A stretch of DNA of 64,000 nt from Eledone cirrhosa (taxonomy: Eukaryota), in contig OZ024740.1 of assembly GCA_964016885.1 (NCBI GenBank), positions 326,244,001-326,308,000 of the forward strand, read 5' to 3'. Positions 25,902 through 38,187 of this stretch are shown in pieces (the first letter of the stretch is position 1; each line of letters starts with the position of its first letter). The translations under genes and the position numbers were made by a program. The notes beneath the pieces are model-generated. The model did no database searches. It was not told where the DNA came from and worked only from the letters and a program-made list of their open reading frames with translations.

Positions 25902-26087
25902 TAATAAAACAATTAAAACGTTTGATGTTTTTGTTTTTCATGACAAGGGAAATTATTTATTCACCGCTGTCACTAGTAATGAGGTTATCTACCTCACCCC
26001 TCCCTTTATATTATATATGCAAGCATGGAAAATCGGGCGTGATGATGATATATAAATATATATTTGCATGTATGGCCCCAAAACACC

Positions 26088-26139
26088 GAGGGAGTCATCG
26101 GGGCGCCGTATGTTAATACGGCGCCCCGATGACTCCCTC
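26088..26139. repeat. Perfect 24-bp GC-rich hairpin
   Basis: GAGGGAGTCATCGGGGCGCCGTAT-gtta-ATACGGCGCCCCGATGACTCCCTC. Confidence 0.95.
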
Positions 26140-26600
26140 AATGTTTCTAATTAAAACCTGGTGGAGTCCAGGTCTGAATACAGCATATTTCTTCCAGAGA
26201 TGGATAGATAGTGAGAGCGGAATTGAGAGAAATATAGAGGAAGAATCGACCCCAGTACTAAATTAGTACATTTTATCTCCCTTTTATATATAGGATGAAA
26301 GGTAAAGTTGACATCGGCGGGATTTGAACTCAATGAGTTCAGAGAGCCGAAATTAACACTACAAAACATTCTATCCGATGTTCTAACGGGTAAACATGAT
26401 AAGAGAAGACCGGTAGAAGAGAAATGACTGTATTGGAAGCGTTGTCTGGTTTACTGTACCAAACGAGACAGTGCTGTGTGTGTGTGTGATAAAAAAAAAA
26501 CAGTTAAATATCTTCTAGATACACCAGATTCTTCGTTTTACGTATGAAGATTTCTAGGTGTGAAATGTTTTTCCTCGTTTTTGGGGTGTTTTTTTTCATC

Positions 26601-27154
26601 TGTGTTATCAACTAGTTTAACCTCCAAGATTCTGGCAATCGACTTTTTCCCCGGAGTGCAGAGGGCTTGAGTGGGATCCCCTCCTCGGATTTTCCCTACG
26701 ACTAGATTTGTAGAAAAAGTAGGGTGAAAGGTGGCGAAAAGACCATCGGAGTTTCGTAGATCTATACGGTTCTCGCGTTTTATGGGAAATAATCTTCCCT
26801 TGTTTTTTTCTGAACCTCTTAGATGTTTGCAATCGACTTTTTCCCCGGAAGATGGAAACCCTAACCCTAATCCGGGAAGAAACGTCGATTGCAAACGTCT
26901 AAGAGATCCAGAAAACAAGCAAACAAAAAAAGGAAAGATAATTATTTCTGCCAATCTCCGATGATATTTTCACCCGATTTTTTTCTACAAATCTATTCGT
27001 TTCCGACTGGTTTAAAGGTCATATCCGTTAATAACACGCATTAAAAAAAGGGAAAAAACCACGCATTAAAAAAAGGGACATACCACAACCCCTTCGTACT
27101 CCAGTAAAAAAGTTGATTACCAGAATCTTGGAGGTTAGATTAATTGATAGCACA
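26601..27154. mobile_element. Foldback/MITE-like nested inverted repeat upstream of ZNF3
   Basis: At least 4 nested pairs of inverted arms around a central AACCCTAACCCTAA loop. Paralogous copy at 56307-56915. Confidence 0.75.
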
Positions 27155-28034
27155 CGAAAAACATGAAGTATATCAGTTTGGTATATATATATGTAGAAGA
27201 GGTATTTAATTTGTTGTAATCCAACAAATATAGATGTTTATAACTGATTCAAAGCACTCGACAGTTTTCTGGAGTAAGTATTCAATGATATTGACAAGGG
27301 TTGTCGGAATTTGCTGCTAATAATACACCAAAGAAAAGGCGATTGCAAAAAAAACAATTTTAAGGTAAAATACCTCGTATAAATCACAGCTATTGATGGG
27401 GAATCACTGATGGTTGACGTGTTGTTGAATGGAGTAGGGTTATTAGTATTCTCTACCACTTCCTCGGTCCTACAGTATTTCCTTCTTCTTATATATATAT
27501 ATATATTATAGAAGATAAATATGACTTTGTGTTTCATACTAAATAAAATATTCTAAGGACCAGTGTGATTCAATTCAAAACAACAGAGGTATAATGACAT
27601 TAATATCCGGTTGATCATGCGTATTAGCGCTATGTAAGAGAAGACGGACAAAATTATGCCATTAACTAAATATTGATTTCATTCAAGATCTGCCATTCAT
27701 AAAGAATAAGTTAATATTAAAGGCAAAGTTAACCTCAAATCTCGCCGAGGTTAACTTTGCCTTTCATCCTTACGGCGTCGATAAAATAAAGTACCAGTGG
27801 TACACTGAAATAATTGCTGGCCTTGTGCCAAAAGTAGAAACAATTATTTTTGATCGAATCACATCCATATTTAGAATAAGCTATTTCGCATGAATATAAA
27901 ATTATTGAAAAATAGTAACGTTATATATATATATATATATATGGAGACATACCTAGTTAAGCTACTCCGGTAAAGTCTATGCTAATGTGGCCAGTTACAT
28001 TTTTAATCGTTAAATAAACATATTATTTACAGTA

Positions 28035-31000
28035 ACAATAATAATAATAATCATTTCATTTATTGGCAACAAGGGCCGACATGTAGAGAACAATACAAAG
28101 ACACGGACAGTAGGGGTTACAATAAGCTCGAGTAAAAGTGCACAATGGCAAAACCAATTTAACAATGAAAATATAAAATAAACTATGCATACACATAACA
28201 AAATAAATTCCCCAATAGGGGGTGGACGACCTAGGGGCGACTCAGGTACCCCACCAATCCTGAACTACTCGACTTTTCTCCTCAAATTAACCAGCCTACA
28301 GGCGTATGGTCAGAGTAGGCCCACTCATACGGGCCATTCTCGTCACATTCATCCACATTTTAGCTAATGTAATGGGGGGGGGGGGATCTCACCTTACCTT
28401 CCTTTCCGAAGAGAAAATTGTTTGTCTTCAGTCCTTTCAGCCTGGTCCACCATACAACCTCTTTCGCAACTGCCACCAGACAGGAATATTACCTACCCTT
28501 CCTGGCCAAATGAAGGCGGCGGGTCGATTTTCACTATGGACTTGGCCGATAGCCGGATCCGTTCTACACGCGACAACAACTGTTCGACATAACTCCACAA
28601 GTCAGTAATGCACGGACATTGGACGAGTGTGTGCAGAAAGGTTTCGTCGCTCTGCGCGCATCTCGGGCAGGTCCGTCTGACAGCACTTCCGTGCCTGTAG
28701 AGTTTATCTCAAACCGGCAATGCCCCGGGTAGCACTGCCAAGCAAGGGATTTCTGAAAGTTATTCATCGTGCACAGCTCGAAAGTCCTCTGGAACAGACT
28801 AGTCAGTTCGACTTCGTCGCGCACAGAGTTTCTCCGAGTGCGTTGTCGCACTTGCCCACCACTAATCCTTTACAGAACTCGAGAGTGGAAGTTCCACTGA
28901 CCGCATTGCCCGCCTGGTAGAGAGTAGGGAGTGCCTGGCAACATTCCAGATACCAGTCACCCAGTCTCAGTCTCTTCTTGACCCTGGACTGCAGCTCAGT
29001 CAATGAGATGAGCTGCGGAAAGAACCGCCTGATAAACGGCGACCACACCTGTTCGCCGTTTAGGCAGAATATTTGGAGATGCCGCAGCCTCAGCGCATGT
29101 TTGCGCATCATTAGCCACGGCATGCTCAGCCCTCCGCGTAGAGGGTGCTGGCAGAAAATGGACCGCCTCACCAACGGGACCCGTCCCCTCCACAAGAATT
29201 TGAAGAGGCGCCGTTCCAACTTGGCGGGACGGGGGCGAGACACGACGCTCAGGCGGTAGTAGATGACGGACGTGATGTACGCATTTATATCCTCGCCTAA
29301 CTTATCTAGCAGCTCCCCCTTCTTTCTATTTTTCTCTAACGCTACTTCTTTGCTTCACCCTATCAAAGTTACTCTAATCTCTCTTTTGAGAGCCCCCACC
29401 ATCTGTTGTTGACGATCCCCCTTGTCAACTTTTTAACTAAATTGTTGACCCGGTCCCTGTAAGCCTTACGTGCCGGAAATGACATGTTCAGCTTCCCGTA
29501 ACCAGGTCCTAACCCACGCGTCTTATCTAGGCCGACCATACAGATCACAAACTTGTGATCTAAATAGGTGACCGTTTTAAAAAGTGGACAGCCTACACTA
29601 TTTCTATCTATTTTCCTAATGAAAATCCTGTCTATATACGATCTAGATGACCCTATGTGGTTGGTCCAGGTCCACACTGGCGCATTAGGAAAATCTAGTC
29701 GATACCTGCCAGATAATTGGAACTGGCTGATAAGGTGCCTGAGGCTTTTGCACCCCCCCCCCCCCACTCTTATCAGCTACTCCCACACAATCCCAGTGTG
29801 CGTCTAAGATGCCGTTCCAGTCCCCTGCTAACAGTAAATGGCGAGACGTACCCAGAAAGACTTCCAGCCGCCTAAAGAAGTCCGGCCGTCTGGCCCCGGT
29901 AGGGGCGTAGACGGTCACCAGTCTAAAGGCACCACCTTCGCTATTGTTCACAACCAGGACCACCAACTTACCGCTTGAGCCCCGGAAGATCGAGCCTCGA
30001 GATCCAGGTCTTTCCTAAACAGTACTGCCACCCACCTCCCATTCCCGACCGGCTAACAGATGCAAAGATCTGATAGTCGTCAAAAATGGGAGCTAGTGCG
30101 CGCGTGTCGGAAATCCTGGTTTTGCTGACAGCAATTACATCCATTTCCAGAGACCTGAGGTCGTTGAGCAGGCGACGCAGGCCACGAACATTTAAACTTC
30201 CCACTCTTAAATATGACCATGTTGGCAAGCTAAAAGAGTGAGGGAAGGTTTACTTACCTCCAGGGGTCTTGTGAAGGTCGAGTGGTTCGACCTCCATGGT
30301 TGGTGGGGTTTCTTTTGGGAACCTCTTTAAAAGTCTCGATGTGGGTTTCACGTTCGGGGTTCCCATGTCCCGAGGAAAACTCTCTCAAATTCCTTTGTAG
30401 GAATCAAGCGACATTCGCACCAGAAACAAAACTTCTGGCACGCAAAATGTGCTCAATGTGCTAAGAGGGCCATCAATTTCTCATTGGCCCTTCTGACAAG
30501 CACGAAGTTATCTATGTTTTGTTGGTGCGGTTTTATTTGTTTTCGTTTCGGTGACTGTGGTGATGATAGTTTTGTTGGTGTTGTTTTGGGTACGTCTGTG
30601 TTTGTTGTAGGTGTGGTGTCTGCAATTTCAGGTGTCTGTGTTTATTTGTTCTTGTGTCTGTTTAGGTTGCTTGCGTTTGGGGAATTGTAGGGTTGGTGTT
30701 GTTGGGGAAGTGTTTGCGTTGGTGGTGTCTATATTTTTTGTTGTAGATGTTTTTGTGCTTTGTGGATGCCTTTTCTTTGTGTGTTTTCATTTTTGCTTTT
30801 TGGCACATTTGGGTTTTCCTTCATCTTCACTACTGGAAGACAAAGGGTCTGTGGCTGTGAGTGTATCTGTGTCTGTGTGTGCGTTTATGTTTTTATCCAT
30901 GTGTATATTTTGAGGGATAGAGGGAATGGGAGACATTCCCCGTGGGTTGGTTTCGGTGCTGGTGGTTCGACTGTTTTTGATGTTGGTGGGGCTGCCGGTG

Positions 31001-31230
31001 TCAGTATTGGTGTAGCTTTCCGTTTCGACACTGGTGTTGGCAGCAAAGGAGGTGTGCGACTACCTGCATTTTTGAGCTGAGGGCAGAAGGCTCGCAGATG
31101 CGTTACTTCTCTGCAGACGAAGCAGTGCGGCCTTCCCCCTTCAGTGATCAACTAAATCATTGTCCCGTCCTGCAGGCGGGCAAAATCCGGGATGTTGTTT
31201 AGGTATATCGTCGCCACCACCACCACCATT
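28035..31230 (-). mobile_element. Tx1/L1-clade LINE, internally deleted and lacking RT
   Basis: ORF1 CCHC knuckle CFVCREVTHLRAFC. APE motifs SLNVRGL, VYAPT, AGDWN, YIDR and DHKFV. C-terminal FKFLW..RGGL and a zinc motif. (ATT)n tail. Confidence 0.85.
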
Positions 31231-31611
31231 TCAACTACCATATATATAGAAAAAGAGAATGTGTGATGAGAGAAATAGAGAGATTATGAGTGTGCACATA
31301 CATACATATATATGTATGAGTATATAACTATTATGAGTATATAACTATAATCGCGCAAACACAAACTTATAAAAATACACACTCACGGACATAATTCACA
31401 CAAATACACATACATTCACACAAACATACATACATTCACACATATACATTTACACAAACACACATATACAGTCATGATAGTGTTCGGTTTAATTGGAAAT
31501 GGGAGGGTAAAACAAGTATAACGTTTTATTTATTTATTAACTCTATTTATTAACTCTTTTTTTTTAAAACTCATTTAATATAATGGTTACAGAACGAAAA
31601 CACTAACAAAT

Positions 31612-31783
31612 ATAATTGTTTCTACTTTTGGCACAAGGCCAGCAATTATTCCAGTGTATTACTGGTACTTTATTTTATCGACCCCGTAAGGAAGAAAGGC
31701 AAAGTTAACTTCGGTGGGATTTGAACTCCAGGGACGTAACTATGCTGGAAAGCATGGCGTCCGACCCTCTACCGATACTGCCA
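31612..31783 (-). mobile_element. Near-full-length tRNA-SINE
   Basis: A box TGGCAGTATCGG, B box GAGTTCAAATCC and the Meta-like core. Confidence 0.85.
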
Positions 31784-31799
31784 ATTCAATATAATATAT

Positions 31800-32285
31800 A
31801 CAAAGGAAAGGGAAAGGAAAAAAAGAAAGATTAAAAATACACAAGCAGGTAATACACACATCTTAGGCCACAGAACAATATGCAGGCGAAAGAGTGGTAA
31901 AAGAGCCGCTACTAGAGCGCACCATAGCGAGGAGCACTGGGAAACCTCTCTAATAATTTTTGACGAAGGCGTTACCTGGGGTGATGGCGAGGCTGAGGTG
32001 CTGGAACAACCAAGTGCCCTCAACCAAGCCGCCAGTGAAGATAAGAATCTCGCTGTCAGTAGCCCGACCCCCCCCCCTCCCCCCAAACGTCTCGTACGCC
32101 ACAGGCTGGATAATGTAGTTAGCTGATAGAACACGGTATATCCTGTAGCTCTCGCCCTTACCGCTGCATCCAGAATGTGGGAAGAAGCAAAAGAGTCACT
32201 AACTGTGACGTCCCAGGTACGGCACCTGCCTCTTGACCAGGAGCAGAGTAAGACCGTCAAGTCTTTACCCATCAATTCAGGACAA
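31800..32285 (-). mobile_element. CRE-like non-LTR element, restriction-like endonuclease fragment
   Basis: WSRGRCRTWDVTVSDSFASSH matches the RLE motif (PDG..W..G...WDVTV.D). Confidence 0.6.
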
Positions 32286-33017
32286 CCCAGACGGTTCCAA
32301 AATTGAGGGTATGTTTTCCCGGGCCAAATCTCTTGAGTGGTAATAGGACAGTGTATGTATGTGTGCGCGCGTGAGTTTGTCAGCGTTCTTAAATTAGAGA
32401 CACGTGTGTGTGTGTCACTGTTTTTAAGTTAGACATATATATGTATGTATCCCTTTCCTTCCTTTTATACACACATACATTCACACAAACACATATACAC
32501 ACTGTGTTATTGACGGGTGGACAGAAGTCCCTCAAATTTATATACATGTGAATGGAGTTCTACTGAAGCAGTTAGAGAAATTCAAGTATCTTGGAGCCGT
32601 GTTCACGAGTGATGGAATGCAGGAGACTGAATTAAGTGCAAGAATTGCAAAAGCTGATGCAGCGATGCGCCAGCCTCAGCATTCAGCAATCAGGTGAAGG
32701 GGGTGGGGGGCTGGGTGTGTGTGTGTGTGGGGGGGGGGTATGTGTAAAAGCCAAACTCGCTGTCTTCCTGGTATTCCTGCCAACTCTTACCGAGGATCAT
32801 GAATCTTGAGTAATGACCAAAAGAATACAACTGCAAATAAAAGTGGCAGAAATGGGATTCCTCCGAGGGGTCTTTGGAGTAACTTTACTCGATAAAGTGC
32901 ATAACTCAGAGAACTCCTGGTAGAGTCGCTACTTCTCCGAATTGAGAGATCACAACTCCGATATTATGAGCATGTGGTTAGAATGTCTCAGTAAAGAATC
33001 GCTGGACACATAATAAA

Positions 33018-33790
33018 TAATTATTGTGGGTAAAATGGTGGGTAAAATGATTATTGTGGGTAAAGTGGTAGGTAAAATAATTATCGTGGGTAAAATGGTG
33101 GGTAAAATAATTATTGTGGGTAAAAAACGGACCATCCCCCTAAATAAAAAACGGAATCCCCCAAATAAAATACAGATCCCCCCAAATAAAAAACGGATCT
33201 ACCCCAAATAAAAAACGTAAAATGATTATTGCGGGTAAAATGGTGGGTGAAATGATTAATGTGGGTAAACTGGTAGATAAAATAATTATTGTGGGTAAAG
33301 TGGTAAAATGATTATTGTGTGTAAAGTGGTGGGTAAAATGATTATTGTGTGTAAAGTGGTGGGTAAAATGATTATTGTGGGTAACGTGGTGGGTAAAATA
33401 ATTATTGTGGGTAAAATTGTAGATAAAATAATTATTGTGGGTAAAATTGTAGATAAAATAATTATTGTGGGTAAAGTGGTAGTTAAAATGATTATTGTGT
33501 GTAAAGTGGTGGGTAAAATGATTATTGTGTGTAAAGTGGTGGGTAAAATGATTATTGTGGGTAACGCGGTGGGTAAAATAATTATTGTGGGTAAAATTGT
33601 AGATAAAATAATTATCGTGGGTAAAATTGTAGATAAAATGATTATTGTGGGTAAAGTGGTAGTTAAAATAATTATTGTGGGTAAAGTAGTAGTTAAAATG
33701 ATTATTGTGGGTAAAATGGTAGGTAAACTAATAATATTGGGTAAAATTGTGGGTAAAATAAGGATAGTGGGTAAAATGGTAGGTAAAGTG
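33018..33790. repeat. 30-bp minisatellite (aaaatgattattgtgggtaaagtggtgggt)n with an inserted ~24-bp repeat block at 33121-33217
   Basis: Visible periodicity; translates to 10-aa repeats on both strands. Confidence 0.95.
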
Positions 33791-34199
33791 GTTGGTGAAA
33801 TCAAGAAAAGGAGAAAGAGGGTAGGAAGTGGAGTAAAATGGGGGTAGGGAAAGAATGGGTTGGAAGAGGCAGAAGTGGAAGAAGGGGAGGAAAAACATCA
33901 AGGGAAGGAAGGATGGAAAAGAGGAAGGAAGACAGCAGGTTAAAGAAATAGGGAAAGAGAGGTTAAAAAAGGGGGAAAAGTAGGGAAGAGGGTAAAGAGG
34001 GATACAAAGTGTGAAAGTGTGGGAAAGAGGCGGAAAAGGGTGTAATGAGGGAGAATCAACACCACGAGGTCAACCACAAGACAATGGGGTCACGTAAAGT
34101 GATATGTGTTTCTTTCACAAAAAATTTGTAGCAAAAGATACCAAGTAACCATGTAACTTCAATAGCTCTTCATCATCGACTCCGAGAGAAACTCTAGGA

Positions 34200-34730
34200 C
34201 CAACCATCAATAAACACCATGGTGGTCGGCAAACATGATCAACATATGTCTATGTTCAGATCTCCAGTCAGATTCTTAATCGACACAGAAGTAGAAGTCA
34301 GTGTCATCCCGGCATCTGCAAACGACCTCCGTTATAGAGAGGGGAATCAGTGGCAGCTGCCAATGATTCTACAATCAAAGCTTACAGATACATGGACATT
34401 CACCGTCGCTGATGCCCATCAGCCTATCATCGGAGCAGACTTCCTTCGGGCTCACTCACTGCTGGTCGATAATCAGGGGAAATGACTCGTCAATAGCAGT
34501 AAGTATGCCTCGGTTTTTCTGGCAACATCTGCACGTGTGACTTTTCATATATCAAACGTCTCTGAGACCAGGAACGAATTCTCGGAATTCCTTTTGAATT
34601 ACCTGAAACTCATTATCATGACATCTCCCAATCCACAACTCACCACAGAGTAAAGCATTACATTCCAACCACCAATTCTCCAGTATATAACCGTGTATGT
34701 CGTCTACCACCAGACAAATTTGCTATAAAA
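34200..34730 (+). mobile_element. Degraded Ty3/Gypsy protease fragment
   Basis: FLIDTEVEVSVIP..WTFTVAD..PIIGADFL..HSLLVD and RLPPDK. Confidence 0.75.
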
Positions 34731-34956
34731 TCTACCTTAACCGAGGTTATCATCAATTACCTGTACTAGATGATAACATGTAAATACAATTTAATACAAA
34801 AAGAAAAAAGAAAATTTAGATTGAGAAGAAAGAATGGAATGTAAAATAAGAAAATATTTTAAAAAACGGAAAAAAGAAAGATATGGCAAGGGCTCTAGTA
34901 TATATAAACAGACACACTTAAAAAGATAATTATTATGTAACGGAATTATCCTAATT

Positions 34957-36753
34957 ATGACACATATTCAGAAAACAGAGTTCACATTTATAACTAGAAA
35001 TATGGACCCCAATTGTCAGTTTTGTTCAGGAAAACATTTTTCTGCAGAGAAACCATTAGATGGATGTTTTAATAATTGTTGTCACAAAGGCAACATTTTA
35101 CGTCCTATCAGAGGCGAATTTCCACCATATTTAGTTTCATTGTTATCTGATCAAAATCATCCTCATTATAGGAATTTCAAAAAAAACATTTAGTCATATA
35201 ATTTATCACTATCATTCGCTTCGATTGGTGCTCAAGTACAGGATCCACCAGGAAAAGGTCCATTTTGTTTCCGCGTGCATAGACAAATTTACCACAGAAC
35301 TTCACATATTCATCCAAATGAAGGCAAACGAAGACAATATGCTCAGCTTTATGTTGTAGACAGCACCCAAGCAACAGAAATAAGAGCTCAGATCACGCCA
35401 ATTCAGGCTGCCTCCAAGAAGTACTCGAAAATTTGGATGATATTATTCATAGAGATAATGTGTATGCTCAGTCTTTTCAAACACTTCGTGAAATTGAAGT
35501 GCAAGAAGAACAGCATACTCAAGAAGAAAACATTGATATGCCAAGCGTCAACTTAGTATTCAACAGAGATCGTAATACCGATGAAATTGCTATTGTATTC
35601 AGAAACGAAAAGGGAAAACCACCATTTCGTAGAGATTTTAAAGTATTTCCAAGGAACTCCGAGGCTCCTACTATAAATCTCAACACCTTGAGTCCAAATC
35701 TTGATCCAATTATGTACGTATTGTTTTCCCCACACGGTGAACCAGGATGGCAACCAAACATGACTGGAAATCGTGATGACCAGCAACGACAAAACATTTA
35801 ACTGCTTCAACATAAAATATCTTTAACTGCTATAAGGGACAATGAATTCAATCCCTTTTTGCACGGAGGAAAACATTTTCAACGGTGGGTTGTAGATTCT
35901 CACTTACAAGTTGAAGCTAACAATTTAAATTTCATCCGAACACAACAAAACAATCTGAAACAATATCAAGGACTTGCTGGCCATATAGCCAATACAGCAA
36001 ATACTGAAGATGCTCGAATTGAGTGGACAGTCATTCTTCCATCATCATTCCAAGGATCGGCAAGAAATATAAGAGACCGATACCCAGATGCAATAGCAAT
36101 TGTGAGAAAATTTGGTCCACCTGATATATTTCTTACAATGATATGCAACCCTAATTAGCCTGAGATACAAAACAACCTTTTTCCAGGAAAAACAACCTCC
36201 GGTAGACCAGATTTAGTGGTTAGGGTGTTCAATATTAAGTTGCAGGAACTAATAATTTATGTCACAAAAAGACGTGATTGGCCAAGTTGTCGCACATTGT
36301 TTCGCCATAGAATTTCAGAAGAGATTTATTATTAATATTTCATCCAGGAGATAAAACAAACTCAACTGAAAGAATTGACAAAATTCTGTGTGCTGAAATT
36401 CCTGACCCAGAGACAGAACCAGTACTCTATGAAATTGTTAAGAAATTTATGATTCACGGTCCTAGTGGTGAACAAAACCCTAACGCGCCATGCATGGAAA
36501 ATAACAACTGCTCAAAAAGCTTTCCCAAACAATTTCAACAGGAAACCTTTAAAAACCGAGATAGTTATCCATCCTACAGAAGACGTCCAGGTTCAACATT
36601 AAACGTTGGTCAGAAAGTAATGGACAACCGATATGTTGTACCTTATAACAAATATCTAAATCACAAATACAACTACCACGTCAATGTAGAAATTTGCGCC
36701 TTCATCCACTCCGTGAAATATGTGTATAAATGCATATACAAAGGCTATGATTC
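34957..36753 (+). pseudogene. Helitron Rep domain (5' part of a degraded RepHel)
   Basis: C..C..CC.KG zinc motif, YAQLY, ILPSSF.GS.R, PDIFLTM.CNP, IEFQKR (the following HUH motif is deleted), MIHGP, YVVPYN and KYVYK.IYKG. Confidence 0.9.
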
Positions 36754-37185
36754 TTTAGGAAATTGGTATTGGTGTACATGCAACATAATATAAAAGACAG
36801 TAAATACCGGTGTGTGTGTGGTAATAAAGTTTTTACTTCATGGGAGTAAAAAGGCATTAAATATAAGGATTTGTTACACGATGGTCATAATACAAGGCTG
36901 AAGTTGGTAGAGACATCTTAGGCTCTCATCTCAGGCTGCAAGTTGCATTGAGCTTGGTAACGAAAGGGTCGTCAAGAAGGAATCACAAGCTAAGGTCGAA
37001 GGTGTTACCACTTCAGGAATCAGAAGGCGAGAGAGAGATTTCGTGGTAAACCGCTCCTTTTATATCTGTTGACCGGAAGTGACCACCAGGGAGTCTGTCA
37101 ATCCCAAAGGGAAGCAACTCCACCTACTTCCTGTCTAGAGAGCGGTGATGAGATTGTCATGGCAAGGGAGGCAACTCTTACTACA
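36754..37185 (-). repeat. 3' LTR (432 bp)
   Basis: Begins TGTAGTAAGAG directly after PPT TCTGGCGGGGGATAA. TATAAAA box near 37058-37064. Confidence 0.7.
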
Positions 37186-38187
37186 TTATCCCCCGCCAGA
37201 TTTTTAAAACATAAAAATCGAAAGAAGCATGCATGGAGTAAGATGGCGAGCATGTAAGAGGCATGAAAACTATGGTACAGAGTAATGGAAGTAAGAGAAG
37301 AGGTCAAAAGTTCAAATATCTAAAATACAGTTAACATGTGTGCAGTCACATGACAGCAGTAAAGAATGTGTTCCAGAGAATGAATGCAGGTGGTTTCTGG
37401 TCTGTGGTATAACATGAAATGTCCAACTTCCGAAGGGAATTTCTCACAGGCAGAGTGCTGCAGAAATAAATTGTCTGGCTTGTTCTGCTGGTTTTAGTTG
37501 TTGATGAAGCTGGGTTGTTGTCGTTGATGTGGTGAATGCGTTGACCTGGAAGGGCCAAGAGGCCAGCGACCAGAGAAATAAGCATTCTTAATAAATGCGC
37601 GGTTTTCAACGGCAAATTTACGTGGTAAATTTATAAACCGGCAAATAGAAGAATATAGCTTAAAATGTTCGTTGTAAAGGAAACGAAAAACATACATATA
37701 CATCCAGTGAAATGGTAATGAGAGGTACATTGCAATACAATAAATCAATAAATAACAAGAGCAGCAAAAAAAAAATATATATATAAAAAGTAAAACCTAC
37801 TACAGTCAGTAGGCATCTCTAACAAAATACACCCCGTCCCACCACCCCCACCCCATCCACACCGCCCCTTTCAATGTAAAGTTATGTTGGTGCCACAACA
37901 TCCAGGCCGAAACAAATGAGATCGTGTAGGTGTCACGTCAAAAAAAAACACACAGTTCACGCTGTAATGTGGCCGTGTAGGCAACACGGTAAAAACCTCC
38001 CAGCCCCACACTGTAAATGTGGTTGGTGTTAGGAAGGGCATCCAGCTGTAGAAAACCCGCCAGATAGTCCTATGCGAGCAAGATAACCACTCTTGCCTCA
38101 AGTGGGAGAGCCCCCGTCCAAACCCATGCAAGCGTGGAACACGGACGTTAAACGATGATGATGATGATGAAGGCTCCAATGGCCAGT

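Noticed and set aside
26857-26870. Interstitial telomere or chromosome fusion site
   Set aside because: Only two CCCTAA units, in a foldback loop, and degenerate in the paralog.
26538-26954. 138-aa ORF and its 174-aa paralog at 56152-56676
   Set aside because: Lies within the foldback repeat, start and end differ between copies, and no domain is recognisable. Similarity is explained by segmental duplication.
33286-33847. 172-aa and 179-aa ORFs (PTIIIL / KMIIVGKVVG repeats)
   Set aside because: Translations of a stop-free 30-bp minisatellite; no evidence of coding.
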